The notes below the pieces were generated by a model that did no database searches, was not told where the DNA came from, and saw only the letters and a list, made by a program, of their open reading frames with translations. A program made the translations under genes and the position numbers. From contig JAHEMZ010000007.1 in assembly GCA_024643385.1 (NCBI GenBank), positions 1,341 through 65,340 of the forward strand: 64,000 nucleotides of DNA, written 5' to 3'. Source of the DNA: Flavobacteriaceae bacterium. GTDB taxonomy: Bacteria; Bacteroidota; Bacteroidia; Flavobacteriales; Flavobacteriaceae. The first letter of the stretch is position 1, and every line of letters begins with the position of its first letter. Positions 19,169 to 28,451 of this stretch are shown piece by piece.

Positions 19169-20545
19169 ATGAGACCACAAAAGAAGCTTATAGGGATCTT
19201 TTATACCTTGGTATTGCTACCATTCTTTCTTTTTTCTCAGGTGAAGGAGAAACGGTTTGAGCCTAATGATTATGGATCGACCGCCAAGATCACCAAAAAT
19301 CTAGGGGTTGACGTGGCCTTGGATTACCTGGATTTTCTTGGAATGCCAAAAGCGTGGTATTACACCACCGGAAGACCTGAAATGATAGTGGGTATATCGG
19401 ATGCCTATGTGGATTCCACTCTCGTTGAATTCAAAGGAAAAACTACCGTGTATCGGAAATCTCCCTTAGTGAAAGGTCATGGAATTGGAGTGGCTGCGAT
19501 TGCCGCTGCTCAAGGGAATAATGCGTATGGCGTACCAGGTATTTGTTACGATTGTGGCATTTATAGTACGACCTATGGGGATTTTAAGAACTTGGACGCG
19601 TTAATGGAATTATCCCGGGCGGGCGTGAAGGTGATCAATTGCAGCTGGGTGGGTTCCGCTAAATACCAATCTGCACAAGACAGTATCAATAAATTATTCG
19701 CCAATGGAACACTGATAGTTGCAGGCGCGGGTAATACCAGTTGGAAATCTTCTAAGGGAACTCTAAAGTACTTCCCGGCTTCTTATGATCATGTCATATC
19801 AGTTTCTTCGGGGATGTATAAATATGAGCATCCAACGGATCATATTCTTTATGAAGAAGGAGGGTATCCGTATGTCGAAAATATCAGAGGATTTGTGGGT
19901 CGTACGGCCGGGTTCTTCCAGAATGATCCCTCTCAATCCCTTAAAATTTATCCGCAGGGTACCACTACTTTAAATCAAGATGTTGATATACTGGCACCCA
20001 CGGCAGGGGTATTGCGTTTTAAAACACTGGCCTTGGAAAATAAAATTGAATTGGTGCAATATGAAGCTTCATCAACCGCGGCTCCTTTTGTGTCTGGGAC
20101 GATTGCTTTAATGTTTTCGCTGTATCCTTGTCTTCCCGTGGAGGAGGTTGAATCGATCTTAAAGATGACGGCAATGAATATCGATCATATTGAAGCCAAT
20201 AGGCCTTTCAAAGGAATGTACGGAGCAGGTTTGTTGCAGACCGGTGATGCTGTTGAAATGGTTTATCAATTGTATAATGAAAAGGAAACGACTCTTATTG
20301 ATGACCAGGATTTTAGTCGTTGGGATTTTAAGATCACTGCTTTTTCCAAAGAAGTTATTATTCGGAATCAAAAATTCACCGAGGAAGCCACCCTTCAGCT
20401 TACCGCAAAAAATAAGATCATCCTACAACCAAATACGGTTTTGAAGCCTGGTTCAAAAGGAAAGATAGCGCTGCGTATTCAATCGGATCTAGTGAAGGAT
20501 TGTGATTTAATATTGCGAGATCCCGGTATCTTAAGCGACGACTAA
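19169..20545 (+). CDS. secreted S8-family (subtilisin-like) serine peptidase with C-terminal extension
   Basis: 458 aa with a signal peptide. Catalytic-residue contexts: VGISDAYVD (Asp), KGHGIGVAAIAAAQGNN (His), AGAGN (oxyanion Asn) and EASSTAAPFVSGTIAL (Ser). Confidence 0.8.
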   Translation: MRPQKKLIGIFYTLVLLPFFLFSQVKEKRFEPNDYGSTAKITKNLGVDVALDYLDFLGMPKAWYYTTGRPEMIVGISDAYVDSTLVEFKGKTTVYRKSPLVKGHGIGVAAIAAAQGNNAYGVPGICYDCGIYSTTYGDFKNLDALMELSRAGVKVINCSWVGSAKYQSAQDSINKLFANGTLIVAGAGNTSWKSSKGTLKYFPASYDHVISVSSGMYKYEHPTDHILYEEGGYPYVENIRGFVGRTAGFFQNDPSQSLKIYPQGTTTLNQDVDILAPTAGVLRFKTLALENKIELVQYEASSTAAPFVSGTIALMFSLYPCLPVEEVESILKMTAMNIDHIEANRPFKGMYGAGLLQTGDAVEMVYQLYNEKETTLIDDQDFSRWDFKITAFSKEVIIRNQKFTEEATLQLTAKNKIILQPNTVLKPGSKGKIALRIQSDLVKDCDLILRDPGILSDD

Positions 20546-21225
20546 ACCGTCTTTTGAACTACCTCAAAGATCTGGTTCTCGTCACACTTCAATGTTTTGG
20601 ATGGATATTTTAAAAGCAGTGCATAATCATGCGTTGCCATCAAAATGGTATTTCCGTTTTTATTGATCTCTTGTAACACTTGCATTACTTCCACACTGGT
20701 TTGAGGATCCAGATTTCCGGTAGGTTCATCGGCCAAAATCAATTCAGGGTCATTGAGCAAGGCCCGGGCAATACCTATTCTCTGCTGTTCTCCTCCCGAA
20801 AGTTGGTAAGGGTATTTAAAACTTTTGGTCTTCATTCCCACTTTATCCAACACCTCATCAATTTTGTTGTCCATGGCGGATTTATCCTTCCAGCCGGTCG
20901 CATTCAACACAAACAGTAAATTATCCTTTACCGTGCGATCATTGAGTAGTTTGAAATCTTGAAAGACTACTCCTAATTTTCTTCTTAAGAAGGGGATATC
21001 CTTTTCCTTTAAGGTGCTTAGATCAAATCCAACGATGTGTCCGCTTCCCTTTTGAAGGGGCAGATCACCGTATAAGGTTTTCATGAAACTACTTTTCCCT
21101 GTGCCTGTTTTCCCAATAAGGTATACAAACTCGCCTTTTTCGATGGTTATACTTACATCGCTAAGAATTAAACTCTCCCTTTGGAATATGGCAGCATCTT
21201 TGAGTTCTAAAACAGCTTGTGACAT
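20542..21225 (-). CDS. ftsE: cell-division ABC ATPase FtsE
   Basis: 227 aa. Walker [10 protein letters not shown], signature LSGGEQQR, Walker [12 protein letters not shown]. Size and sequence are typical of FtsE. No ftsX is adjacent. Confidence 0.8.
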   Translation of the reverse strand: MSQAVLELKDAAIFQRESLILSDVSITIEKGEFVYLIGKTGTGKSSFMKTLYGDLPLQKGSGHIVGFDLSTLKEKDIPFLRRKLGVVFQDFKLLNDRTVKDNLLFVLNATGWKDKSAMDNKIDEVLDKVGMKTKSFKYPYQLSGGEQQRIGIARALLNDPELILADEPTGNLDPQTSVEVMQVLQEINKNGNTILMATHDYALLLKYPSKTLKCDENQIFEVVQKTV

Positions 21226-21247
21226 GGAAAAATGTTAGATTATTACC

Positions 21248-21255
21248 TCAAATGT
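21248..21255 (-). promoter_or_regulatory. Bacteroidota -7 promoter box (TACATTTG) for ftsE
   Basis: Minus-strand TACATTTG, 22 nt upstream of the ftsE ATG (21225). Confidence 0.4.
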
Positions 21256-21270
21256 ACGAAAGAGCGACTA

Positions 21271-21744
21271 CTAATTCGAACTCTCCGTCAATTTTTCCAA
21301 CATCAATTTTAAATTTTCAATTTCTTTCTGTTGCTCTAGGGTGTATAGGGTTAATTCTTCTACTTTTTCCAATAATAACAAGTTAAATTCCTTTAACAAA
21401 ATCCCGGTTTCTTCCATGGCCTGCGCTGACGGAATTCCGGGTAAATGACGATTTTGGTGAATATATACCGCCACTTCCTCCAAACTAGGTCGAACATAGC
21501 TTGGCTTTGAAACCGAAGTCCCATCCAGATACGCTTCAAAAACATAATCAGGGGCTACAGCGCCTTCCAGATCCACCAATACTTCTTGGGTATGGATCTT
21601 TCCTTTCACCGTTAGTAACTCGTCGGGCGATTGAGTGCCAATTCCAATTCTCCCGTCTTTCTCTGTCATATTTTTGTAAACAGCCTTTTGTGCATTACAA
21701 GATGCGGATAGAACAATGGCCACTATTAACATTAGGTTCTTCAT
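21271..21744 (-). CDS. small secreted protein with N-terminal GIGT motif and C-terminal coiled coil (tail-fibre/chaperone-like, unknown function)
   Basis: 157 aa. Signal peptide MKNLMLIVAIVLSASCNAQ, then RIGIGTQSPDELLTVKGKIHTQEV, APDYVFE, IHQNRHLPGIPSA and a heptad-like tail LLLLEKVEELTLYTLEQQKEIENLKLMLEKL. Confidence 0.6.
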   Translation of the reverse strand: MKNLMLIVAIVLSASCNAQKAVYKNMTEKDGRIGIGTQSPDELLTVKGKIHTQEVLVDLEGAVAPDYVFEAYLDGTSVSKPSYVRPSLEEVAVYIHQNRHLPGIPSAQAMEETGILLKEFNLLLLEKVEELTLYTLEQQKEIENLKLMLEKLTESSN

Positions 21745-21892
21745 AAGATGTATGGATTTTTATTAAACCGACTTTAAAAATACAGTAATTTTCGCCAACA
21801 AATTTTAATGTGATCAAAACATACGCATTTCTGTAATACTCCGTTAATAGGTGATAAGGAATTTATAGATCAACGCCCAAAATCTATTAAAG

Positions 21893-24800
21893 ATGCTCAA
21901 AAACCTCATTGCGATCCCTATTATTTTTTTCTTTTTTGGCAGCAGTAGCGCTCAACAATCTGCTGTTTTTACGAACGACTTAGTAAGCTACAATAAGGCA
22001 ATCGAATTGTTTAAAAACAATCAATTTCTCGCCGCTCAAGCACTTTTCTCCCAGATCAAAGAATCTGCAAATGAAGAAACTCTTGAAGGAGACTGTGCTT
22101 ATTATATTGCTAATTGTGCCGTACGACTGAATCAACAGGATGCCGATTATTTGATGGAACAATTTGTAACGGAATACCCTACGAGTATCAAACGCAATGA
22201 TGCTTATATCAATGTGGCTAATTATTATTTTGAGAACGGAAAATACGCCTATGCGCAGAAATGGTATGACAAAGTAGATGAGACCGGATTAAGCAGAGGG
22301 GAACGCGAAAGATTTTATTTTAATATGGGCTATTCTTTCTTTTCGAACAAACGATACTCCGAAGCTCAAAAATATTTCAATCGGGTTAGTGATTCCCAAA
22401 AATATGGTTCACAGGCAAAATATTACTTAGGATTTATCGCCTACGAGGGCGACGATTATACGGAAGCAAATAGACAATTTGAAACCATTGAAAGTGAAGA
22501 GCGTTACGCCGAGGGATTGAGTTATTACAAGGCCGACATGAACTTTAAGCTTGGAAAGTTTCAGGAGGCCATTGATCTGGGATTGCAACAATATGATGGA
22601 GCTAAACCTCAAGACCGAAGTGAGCTGGCCAAAATTATCGGGGAAAGCTACTTTAACTTAGGAAAGTACGATGAAGCTATTCCTTACCTGAAAGAGTACA
22701 AAGGCAAAAAAGGCAAATGGAACAATACCGATTATTATCAATTGGGATATGTCTATTACAAACAAGGTGATTTTGAAAGTGCGGTAGGAGAATTCAATAA
22801 GATCATTGACGGTAACAATGCGGTAGCTCAGAATGCTTATTACCACCTGGCAGAGAGTTATCTTAAATTAAATCAGAAACAGCAAGCGCTTAATGCATTT
22901 AAAAATGCCTCTGAGATGGATTTTTCTGCTGAAATTCAGGAGGATGCGTGGCTTAACTATGCCAAATTAAGTTACGAGATAGGAAATAGTTATTCCAGCG
23001 TTCCTCAGGTGATGCTTTCGTTTTTGGAGGCTTATCCAAAGAATGCGAACAATGAAGTATTGAAAGATCTGTTGATCGATTCGTATATCACTTCCAGAAA
23101 CTATCAGGCCGCCATGGACTTGCTGGAAAATAATAAGTCGTTCGAAAATAAAAAGGCCTTTCAAAAAGTAGCCTTTTTCCGCGGGCTTGAATTATACAAT
23201 GAAGGGAACTATACCGAAGCGGTTAGCTTATTTGAAAAATCACTAAAGGAACCATTCGATCCGATCGTTACCGCACGCGCCACCTACTGGAAAGCGGAGA
23301 GTGATTATCAGGGGTCCAATTTTGAGGAATCATTGATTGGATACAAACAGTTTCTACAATTACCCGAAGTTTCAAAAACCCCTGAATATGTGAATAGCAC
23401 TTACAATCTGGGATACAATTATTTTAAGTTGAAAAACTATTCCGAAGCCGCAGTGAATTTTGAACGCTATCTCGCTTCCTCCTCCAATGACGGAGCACGT
23501 AGGAACGATGCCCATCTAAGATTGGGCGACAGTCATTTTATGAACAGTTCTTACTGGCCGGCTCTGGAAAGTTATAACAAGGCCATTGAAGGGAATGTGT
23601 CTGATAAGGATTATGCTGCCTTTCAGAAAGCAATGAGTTACGGATTTGTAGATCGCGGTGATAAGAAATTGGAAGAATTAAAAAGTTTCGGATCCAGGTT
23701 TCCCAAGTCGATCTATCGTGATGACGCCCTGTATGAATTAGGAAATACGTATGTGGCACAAGAAAATAATCGTGATGCGATGGAGAGCTATGAACGATTG
23801 GTCAATGAACTACCCGGTAGCAGCTATGTGGCAAGAACCTTGTTGAAACAAGCCCTTATTTTAGATAATTCAGGAAAGAGTAATGACGCGCTGATCAAGT
23901 TTAAAAAGGTAGCCAACGATTTTCCGGCAAGCCCGGAAGCATTGCAAGCGGTTTCTTCAGCAAAGATTATTTATATCGATCAGGGTAGGGTAAATGAATA
24001 TGCCACCTGGGTGAATGGGCTGGATTTCGTGGAAGTAGAGAACGCCGAATTGGACGATGCAACCTATCAGGCCGCTGAGCAACCTTATCTGGAGAATAAA
24101 GCACAGCAAGCCATGACTCGGTTCGAAACCTATTTAAACGAATTTCCGAATGGAAGTCATGTCCTGAAGGCACATTTTTATGTAGCACAATTGTACTTTA
24201 TGGGTGAGAACGGAGAAAAAGCGATCCCACATTACAAATTTGTGGTAGATAAAGAAAGGAGTGAATTCACAGAACAGGCCTTAGCAAGAATTTCGGAGTT
24301 GTATTTATCCAAAAAAGAATATCGAAATGCACTGGAATACCTAAAAAGGTTGGAGAATGAAGCCGATTTTCCACAAAATATCATTTTTGCCCAAACCAAT
24401 AGTATGAAGGCCAGTTACGAGCTTAAGAATTATACCGAAGCCGTGACTTATGCGGAAAAGGTACTTCAAAATAATAAGATAGATAACGCTATTAAAAGTG
24501 ATGCACAAATAATTATTGCGCGCTCAGCGATCCAAACAGGAAATGAAGAAAAGGCGAAAAGTGCCTATGCAGAAGTTGCAAAGATCGCTACCGGCAAGCT
24601 TGCCGCGGAAGCTTTATACTATGGGGCTTACTTTAAACACCTGGACGGGAATTACGAAGCTTCCAATGCCGACATTCAGAAATTGGCAAAAGATTTTTCC
24701 GGATATAAATATTACGGCGCCAAAGGACTGCTTTTGATGGCAAAGAATTTCTACGCCTTAAAAGATGCCTATCAGGCTACTTATATTTTAGACAGTGTGA

Positions 24801-24913
24801 TTTCCAATTTTAGTGAATTTCCGGATGTGGTGGAAGAAGCACAGGCAGAACTTGCGGTGATCAAAGCGTCAGAAGCTAAGACCAATAGTTCAGTAGAGAC
24901 AGACGGCAACTAA
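21893..24913 (+). CDS. large secreted tetratricopeptide-repeat (TPR) protein
   Basis: 1006 aa. Signal peptide (FFFFGSSSAQQ; no lipobox Cys) and many TPR-like units with recurring A..Y.lg..Y...g.y..A periodicity throughout. Confidence 0.8.
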   Translation: MLKNLIAIPIIFFFFGSSSAQQSAVFTNDLVSYNKAIELFKNNQFLAAQALFSQIKESANEETLEGDCAYYIANCAVRLNQQDADYLMEQFVTEYPTSIKRNDAYINVANYYFENGKYAYAQKWYDKVDETGLSRGERERFYFNMGYSFFSNKRYSEAQKYFNRVSDSQKYGSQAKYYLGFIAYEGDDYTEANRQFETIESEERYAEGLSYYKADMNFKLGKFQEAIDLGLQQYDGAKPQDRSELAKIIGESYFNLGKYDEAIPYLKEYKGKKGKWNNTDYYQLGYVYYKQGDFESAVGEFNKIIDGNNAVAQNAYYHLAESYLKLNQKQQALNAFKNASEMDFSAEIQEDAWLNYAKLSYEIGNSYSSVPQVMLSFLEAYPKNANNEVLKDLLIDSYITSRNYQAAMDLLENNKSFENKKAFQKVAFFRGLELYNEGNYTEAVSLFEKSLKEPFDPIVTARATYWKAESDYQGSNFEESLIGYKQFLQLPEVSKTPEYVNSTYNLGYNYFKLKNYSEAAVNFERYLASSSNDGARRNDAHLRLGDSHFMNSSYWPALESYNKAIEGNVSDKDYAAFQKAMSYGFVDRGDKKLEELKSFGSRFPKSIYRDDALYELGNTYVAQENNRDAMESYERLVNELPGSSYVARTLLKQALILDNSGKSNDALIKFKKVANDFPASPEALQAVSSAKIIYIDQGRVNEYATWVNGLDFVEVENAELDDATYQAAEQPYLENKAQQAMTRFETYLNEFPNGSHVLKAHFYVAQLYFMGENGEKAIPHYKFVVDKERSEFTEQALARISELYLSKKEYRNALEYLKRLENEADFPQNIIFAQTNSMKASYELKNYTEAVTYAEKVLQNNKIDNAIKSDAQIIIARSAIQTGNEEKAKSAYAEVAKIATGKLAAEALYYGAYFKHLDGNYEASNADIQKLAKDFSGYKYYGAKGLLLMAKNFYALKDAYQATYILDSVISNFSEFPDVVEEAQAELAVIKASEAKTNSSVETDGN

Positions 24914-24937
24914 TTCATCAATTCAAACCTACTTTAA

Positions 24938-26695
24938 ATGCTAAATTTATTTCAAGATAATTTTATAAAACTCCTTAGGGCAGGACGATTATCATTGGTA
25001 TTTTTGATCCCTTTTCTATTGGGTCCATCCATTACTTTTGCTCAGGAAGATGATCTGGGAACAGAGGTGGTGAATATCGTCAAACCTTATACACCGACGA
25101 TCTCTGATGCCTTTAAGGTGAAAGAGACACCCCTATTAAACGATTCTACGACTACCCGGAAGAAAGTCGTGCAATATGAAATATTCTCGGTTCCGGTGGC
25201 TTCTACTTTTACTCCTGCGAAAGGTAAGGCGGCTACGGTGGAAAAGGCGAAACCGATCAAACTTTACGATAACTATGCTACGCTGGGATTTGGGACCTAT
25301 ACGTCTGTGTTAGCCGAATTATTCAGCAGTTTTGAACTAAGTAGAACCGATAACGCAGGACTATTTTTTAAACATAATTCTTCTCAAGGGGATATCGATG
25401 GAGTACTACTGGAGAATAAATTCTATGATACCGAACTCACAGGAAATTATACCAGCAGGCAACGAGACATGTCTTATAAGATAGAGGCAGGTATAGAACA
25501 TCAACTCTTCAATTGGTACGGATTGAATCCGCTTTTTGAATCGGCAAGCGAGGAATTGCTGAACGGGATCGATCCACAACAAACGTATTTGGGTGTAAAT
25601 CTGGGCGGGGATCTAACGATCGAAGAGTCATTATTTACCGGAGGGAAGGCCCGTGTACATTATTTGAGCGATGGTTTTTCATCATCCGAGATCAATGCGA
25701 TCTTACAACCTAAATTTTCTTTTCCCTTAACGGAATTCACACTCACGGTAGACGGAGATGTGGATTACTTATCCGGTTCATTCGATCGCGATTATTTTGA
25801 CAATCAAGCCGTTAACTATAGTTACCTCAACGCGGGTGTCGCGCCTGCCTTGGTTTATGTGAACGACGACCTTACGCTGTCACTGGGTGCTGAGGCTGTT
25901 GTAAGTTTGGATTCAGAGAACAGTGAGACCAACTTTTTTATCTATCCTAAGATCAATGGATCTTACCGCCTGGTCGACGAATTGTTGATCGTCTATGGTG
26001 GCGCCAACGGTTCATTGAATCAAAATTCCTATCGAAATTTAAAAAATGAAAACCCATTTGTTTCTCCTACTTTATCTATAGTGCCAACCAGCACCTTATA
26101 TGAGGCTTTTGGAGGACTGAAAGGAAAACTCAGTAATGAAGTGGGTTATAATGTGAGAGGGAGTTACGGAAAACAAGAGAACAAGGCTTTATTTCTTTTG
26201 AATCCATATAAAGGAATGGATACGAATTTCGAAGGATATGAATATGGAAATTCTTTTGGGGTTACTTACGACGACGTGAATGTTTTACATTTTTTTGGCG
26301 AACTGAAGGTAGAAATTTCGGAAGGGTTCTCTTTAGGTGCGGTGGCCAATTTTTATAGTTATTCAATGGATAAGCAGCCTGAAGCATGGAATTTACCTAG
26401 TTTGGAAGCTACTTTATTTTCTAATTTTGATATTACTGAAAAGATCTTTGGAGGGGTATCAATGTTCTTTGTCGGGGAAAGAAATGATCTATTCACTTCC
26501 GGAACAAGTGCTGAAGTTGTTACCCTGGATGCTTATTTTGATGCTAACGTAAGTTTGGGGTATCGAGTGAGTGATCGTTTGTCTATTTTCGCCAAGGGAA
26601 GCAACCTGTTAGGGGAGAATTATGAGAAATGGATAAATTACCCGGTTCAAGGGATACAAGGCCTTATGGGAGCGACCTATAAATTTGATTGGTAA
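24938..26695 (+). CDS. outer-membrane beta-barrel protein (no recognisable TonB plug)
   Basis: 585 aa with a signal peptide ending ITFAQ. It has alternating-hydrophobicity strands rich in Y/G/N/S and a C-terminal OMP signature ...GLMGATYKFDW. It starts 24 nt after the TPR gene. Confidence 0.65.
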   Translation: MLNLFQDNFIKLLRAGRLSLVFLIPFLLGPSITFAQEDDLGTEVVNIVKPYTPTISDAFKVKETPLLNDSTTTRKKVVQYEIFSVPVASTFTPAKGKAATVEKAKPIKLYDNYATLGFGTYTSVLAELFSSFELSRTDNAGLFFKHNSSQGDIDGVLLENKFYDTELTGNYTSRQRDMSYKIEAGIEHQLFNWYGLNPLFESASEELLNGIDPQQTYLGVNLGGDLTIEESLFTGGKARVHYLSDGFSSSEINAILQPKFSFPLTEFTLTVDGDVDYLSGSFDRDYFDNQAVNYSYLNAGVAPALVYVNDDLTLSLGAEAVVSLDSENSETNFFIYPKINGSYRLVDELLIVYGGANGSLNQNSYRNLKNENPFVSPTLSIVPTSTLYEAFGGLKGKLSNEVGYNVRGSYGKQENKALFLLNPYKGMDTNFEGYEYGNSFGVTYDDVNVLHFFGELKVEISEGFSLGAVANFYSYSMDKQPEAWNLPSLEATLFSNFDITEKIFGGVSMFFVGERNDLFTSGTSAEVVTLDAYFDANVSLGYRVSDRLSIFAKGSNLLGENYEKWINYPVQGIQGLMGATYKFDW

Positions 26696-26775
26696 ATGAA
26701 GCAACCAAAATCTTTTTTCTGCATCTAACAAATAGCTAGGAAAGGAAAGAAAAGTTTAGGGTTTAATATAGAAGA

Positions 26776-26806
26776 AGCATCTCTGAGAATGAGGTGCTTT
26801 TTTTTA
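26776..26806 (+). terminator. rho-independent terminator after the beta-barrel gene
   Basis: 8-bp stem AGCATCTC/GAGGTGCT (one G-U), 7-nt loop, followed by a T run of at least 7. Confidence 0.65.
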
Positions 26807-26812
26807 TCTTTG
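26805..26812 (+). promoter_or_regulatory. Bacteroidota -7 promoter box (TATCTTTG) for the amidohydrolase gene
   Basis: Matches TAnnTTTG, 16 nt upstream of ATG 26829, directly after a terminator hairpin. Confidence 0.45.
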
Positions 26813-26828
26813 CCAAAACTAAAAATCG

Positions 26829-28451
26829 ATGAAAATATTCACTTTCCTGCTCTTTTCCTTATTTTTATTTGGGTGCTCCACTCCTAAAAAACAGGTGGAT
26901 CTATTGGTGATAAATGCAAAAGTTTATACTGTAAACAGCGCTTTTGACGTGGCCAATTCCTTCGCCGTTTCAAATGGTAAAATTGTGGAAGTAGGTAAGG
27001 CGGAGGAACTCCAATTGAAATATAACCCGTTTGAACTACTGGATGCTGAAGGAAAGACGATCGTGCCCGGACTCATTGACGCACATGCTCATTTATTCGG
27101 TTTTGGATTAGGATTACAAGATGTGGATCTTGTAGGGACGATAAGTAAAGCCGAAGTATTACAAAAATTAGCTGATTTCGAAAAGGGCCGAAATTCAGAA
27201 TTTATTCATGGACGGGGATGGGATCAGAACGATTGGGATCAGAAAGAATTCCCCACTAAAGAAGATCTGGATGCTTTATTTCCGGATACCCCGGTGGCCT
27301 TATCCCGAATCGATGGTCATGCACTTTGGGTAAATAGCAAAGCATTGGAATTGGCTGGTGTTACTGCGAGTACTAAAATGAGTGGGGGAGAAGTGGTCTT
27401 AAAAGACGGAGAACCCTCGGGTATATTGATCGACGCTCCTACGGCACTGGTCTATAATATCATGCCGGGTATTTCCGGGAAAACAATGATAGCAGCACTT
27501 TTGGATGCAGAGAAGATATGCGTAGACTTAGGACTTACCACTGTGAATGATGCCGGTTTGGATCGGGAGATCATTGAACTTATTGATAGTTTGCAGCAAG
27601 CAGGAACCATGAAACTGAAGGTCTATGCGATGGTATCAAATTCCCCTGAAAATTTGGATTATTACTTAAACAAAGGGATCATCACCACCGATCGACTTAC
27701 TGTTCGATCGGTTAAGGTATATGGCGATGGCGCCTTAGGATCGAGAGGAGCTGCTTTACGTGCTCCTTATTCTGATCATGCCGGACATTTTGGGGCGATG
27801 AGTACCGAAAGTACAGAACTGGAATCACTGGCGCTACGAATAGCGCAGGCAGGCTATCAAATGAATACGCATGCCATTGGTGATTCTGCCAATATATCGG
27901 TATTAAGAGCCTATCAAAAAGCCTTGACCGGGAAGAAAGATTCGCGTTGGAAGATCGAACATGCCCAGATCATCAGCGCCATAGATTTTGATAAGTTTTC
28001 GGATAATATCATTCCCTCTGTACAACCAACGCATGCTACCAGTGACATGTATTGGGCAGAGGACCGACTGGGCTCGGAACGGATCCAAGGGGCTTATGCC
28101 TACAAAACCTTATTGAACAAAGCAGGAGTGATTGCCCTGGGAACCGATTTTCCGGTAGAAAAAGTGAATCCTATGCATACCTTTTATGCAGCGGTCGCAC
28201 GAAAGGATCTAAATCATTACCCGGAAGGAGGCTATCACAAGGAAGAAGCATTAACTCGTGAAGAGACCCTTAAAGGGATGACCATCTGGGCCGCCTATTC
28301 CAATTTTGAAGAAAATGAAAAGGGTAGTATAGAAACGGGAAAGGCTGCCGACTTCGTACTTTTGGAAAAGGATATCATGAACTGCCCGGAAGATGAAATT
28401 CCAAATATTCAAGTGGTGGCCACCTATATTAACGGGGAGAAGGTAAAATAG
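26829..28451 (+). CDS. amidohydrolase-family metallohydrolase (YtcJ-like), lipoprotein
   Basis: 540 aa. Lipobox LFLFGCS, metal-binding GLIDAHAHL, later IEHAQ and ALGTDFPVE motifs. Confidence 0.8.
   Translation: MKIFTFLLFSLFLFGCSTPKKQVDLLVINAKVYTVNSAFDVANSFAVSNGKIVEVGKAEELQLKYNPFELLDAEGKTIVPGLIDAHAHLFGFGLGLQDVDLVGTISKAEVLQKLADFEKGRNSEFIHGRGWDQNDWDQKEFPTKEDLDALFPDTPVALSRIDGHALWVNSKALELAGVTASTKMSGGEVVLKDGEPSGILIDAPTALVYNIMPGISGKTMIAALLDAEKICVDLGLTTVNDAGLDREIIELIDSLQQAGTMKLKVYAMVSNSPENLDYYLNKGIITTDRLTVRSVKVYGDGALGSRGAALRAPYSDHAGHFGAMSTESTELESLALRIAQAGYQMNTHAIGDSANISVLRAYQKALTGKKDSRWKIEHAQIISAIDFDKFSDNIIPSVQPTHATSDMYWAEDRLGSERIQGAYAYKTLLNKAGVIALGTDFPVEKVNPMHTFYAAVARKDLNHYPEGGYHKEEALTREETLKGMTIWAAYSNFEENEKGSIETGKAADFVLLEKDIMNCPEDEIPNIQVVATYINGEKVK

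Noticed and set aside
21271-21744. Interpreting the GIGT-motif protein (and the 59315-61768 array) as remnants of a prophage tail-fibre module
   Set aside because: No capsid, tail, terminase, integrase or lysis genes are adjacent to either locus, and all four proteins carry Sec signal peptides. A cellular secreted-protein role is therefore more likely than a phage structural one.
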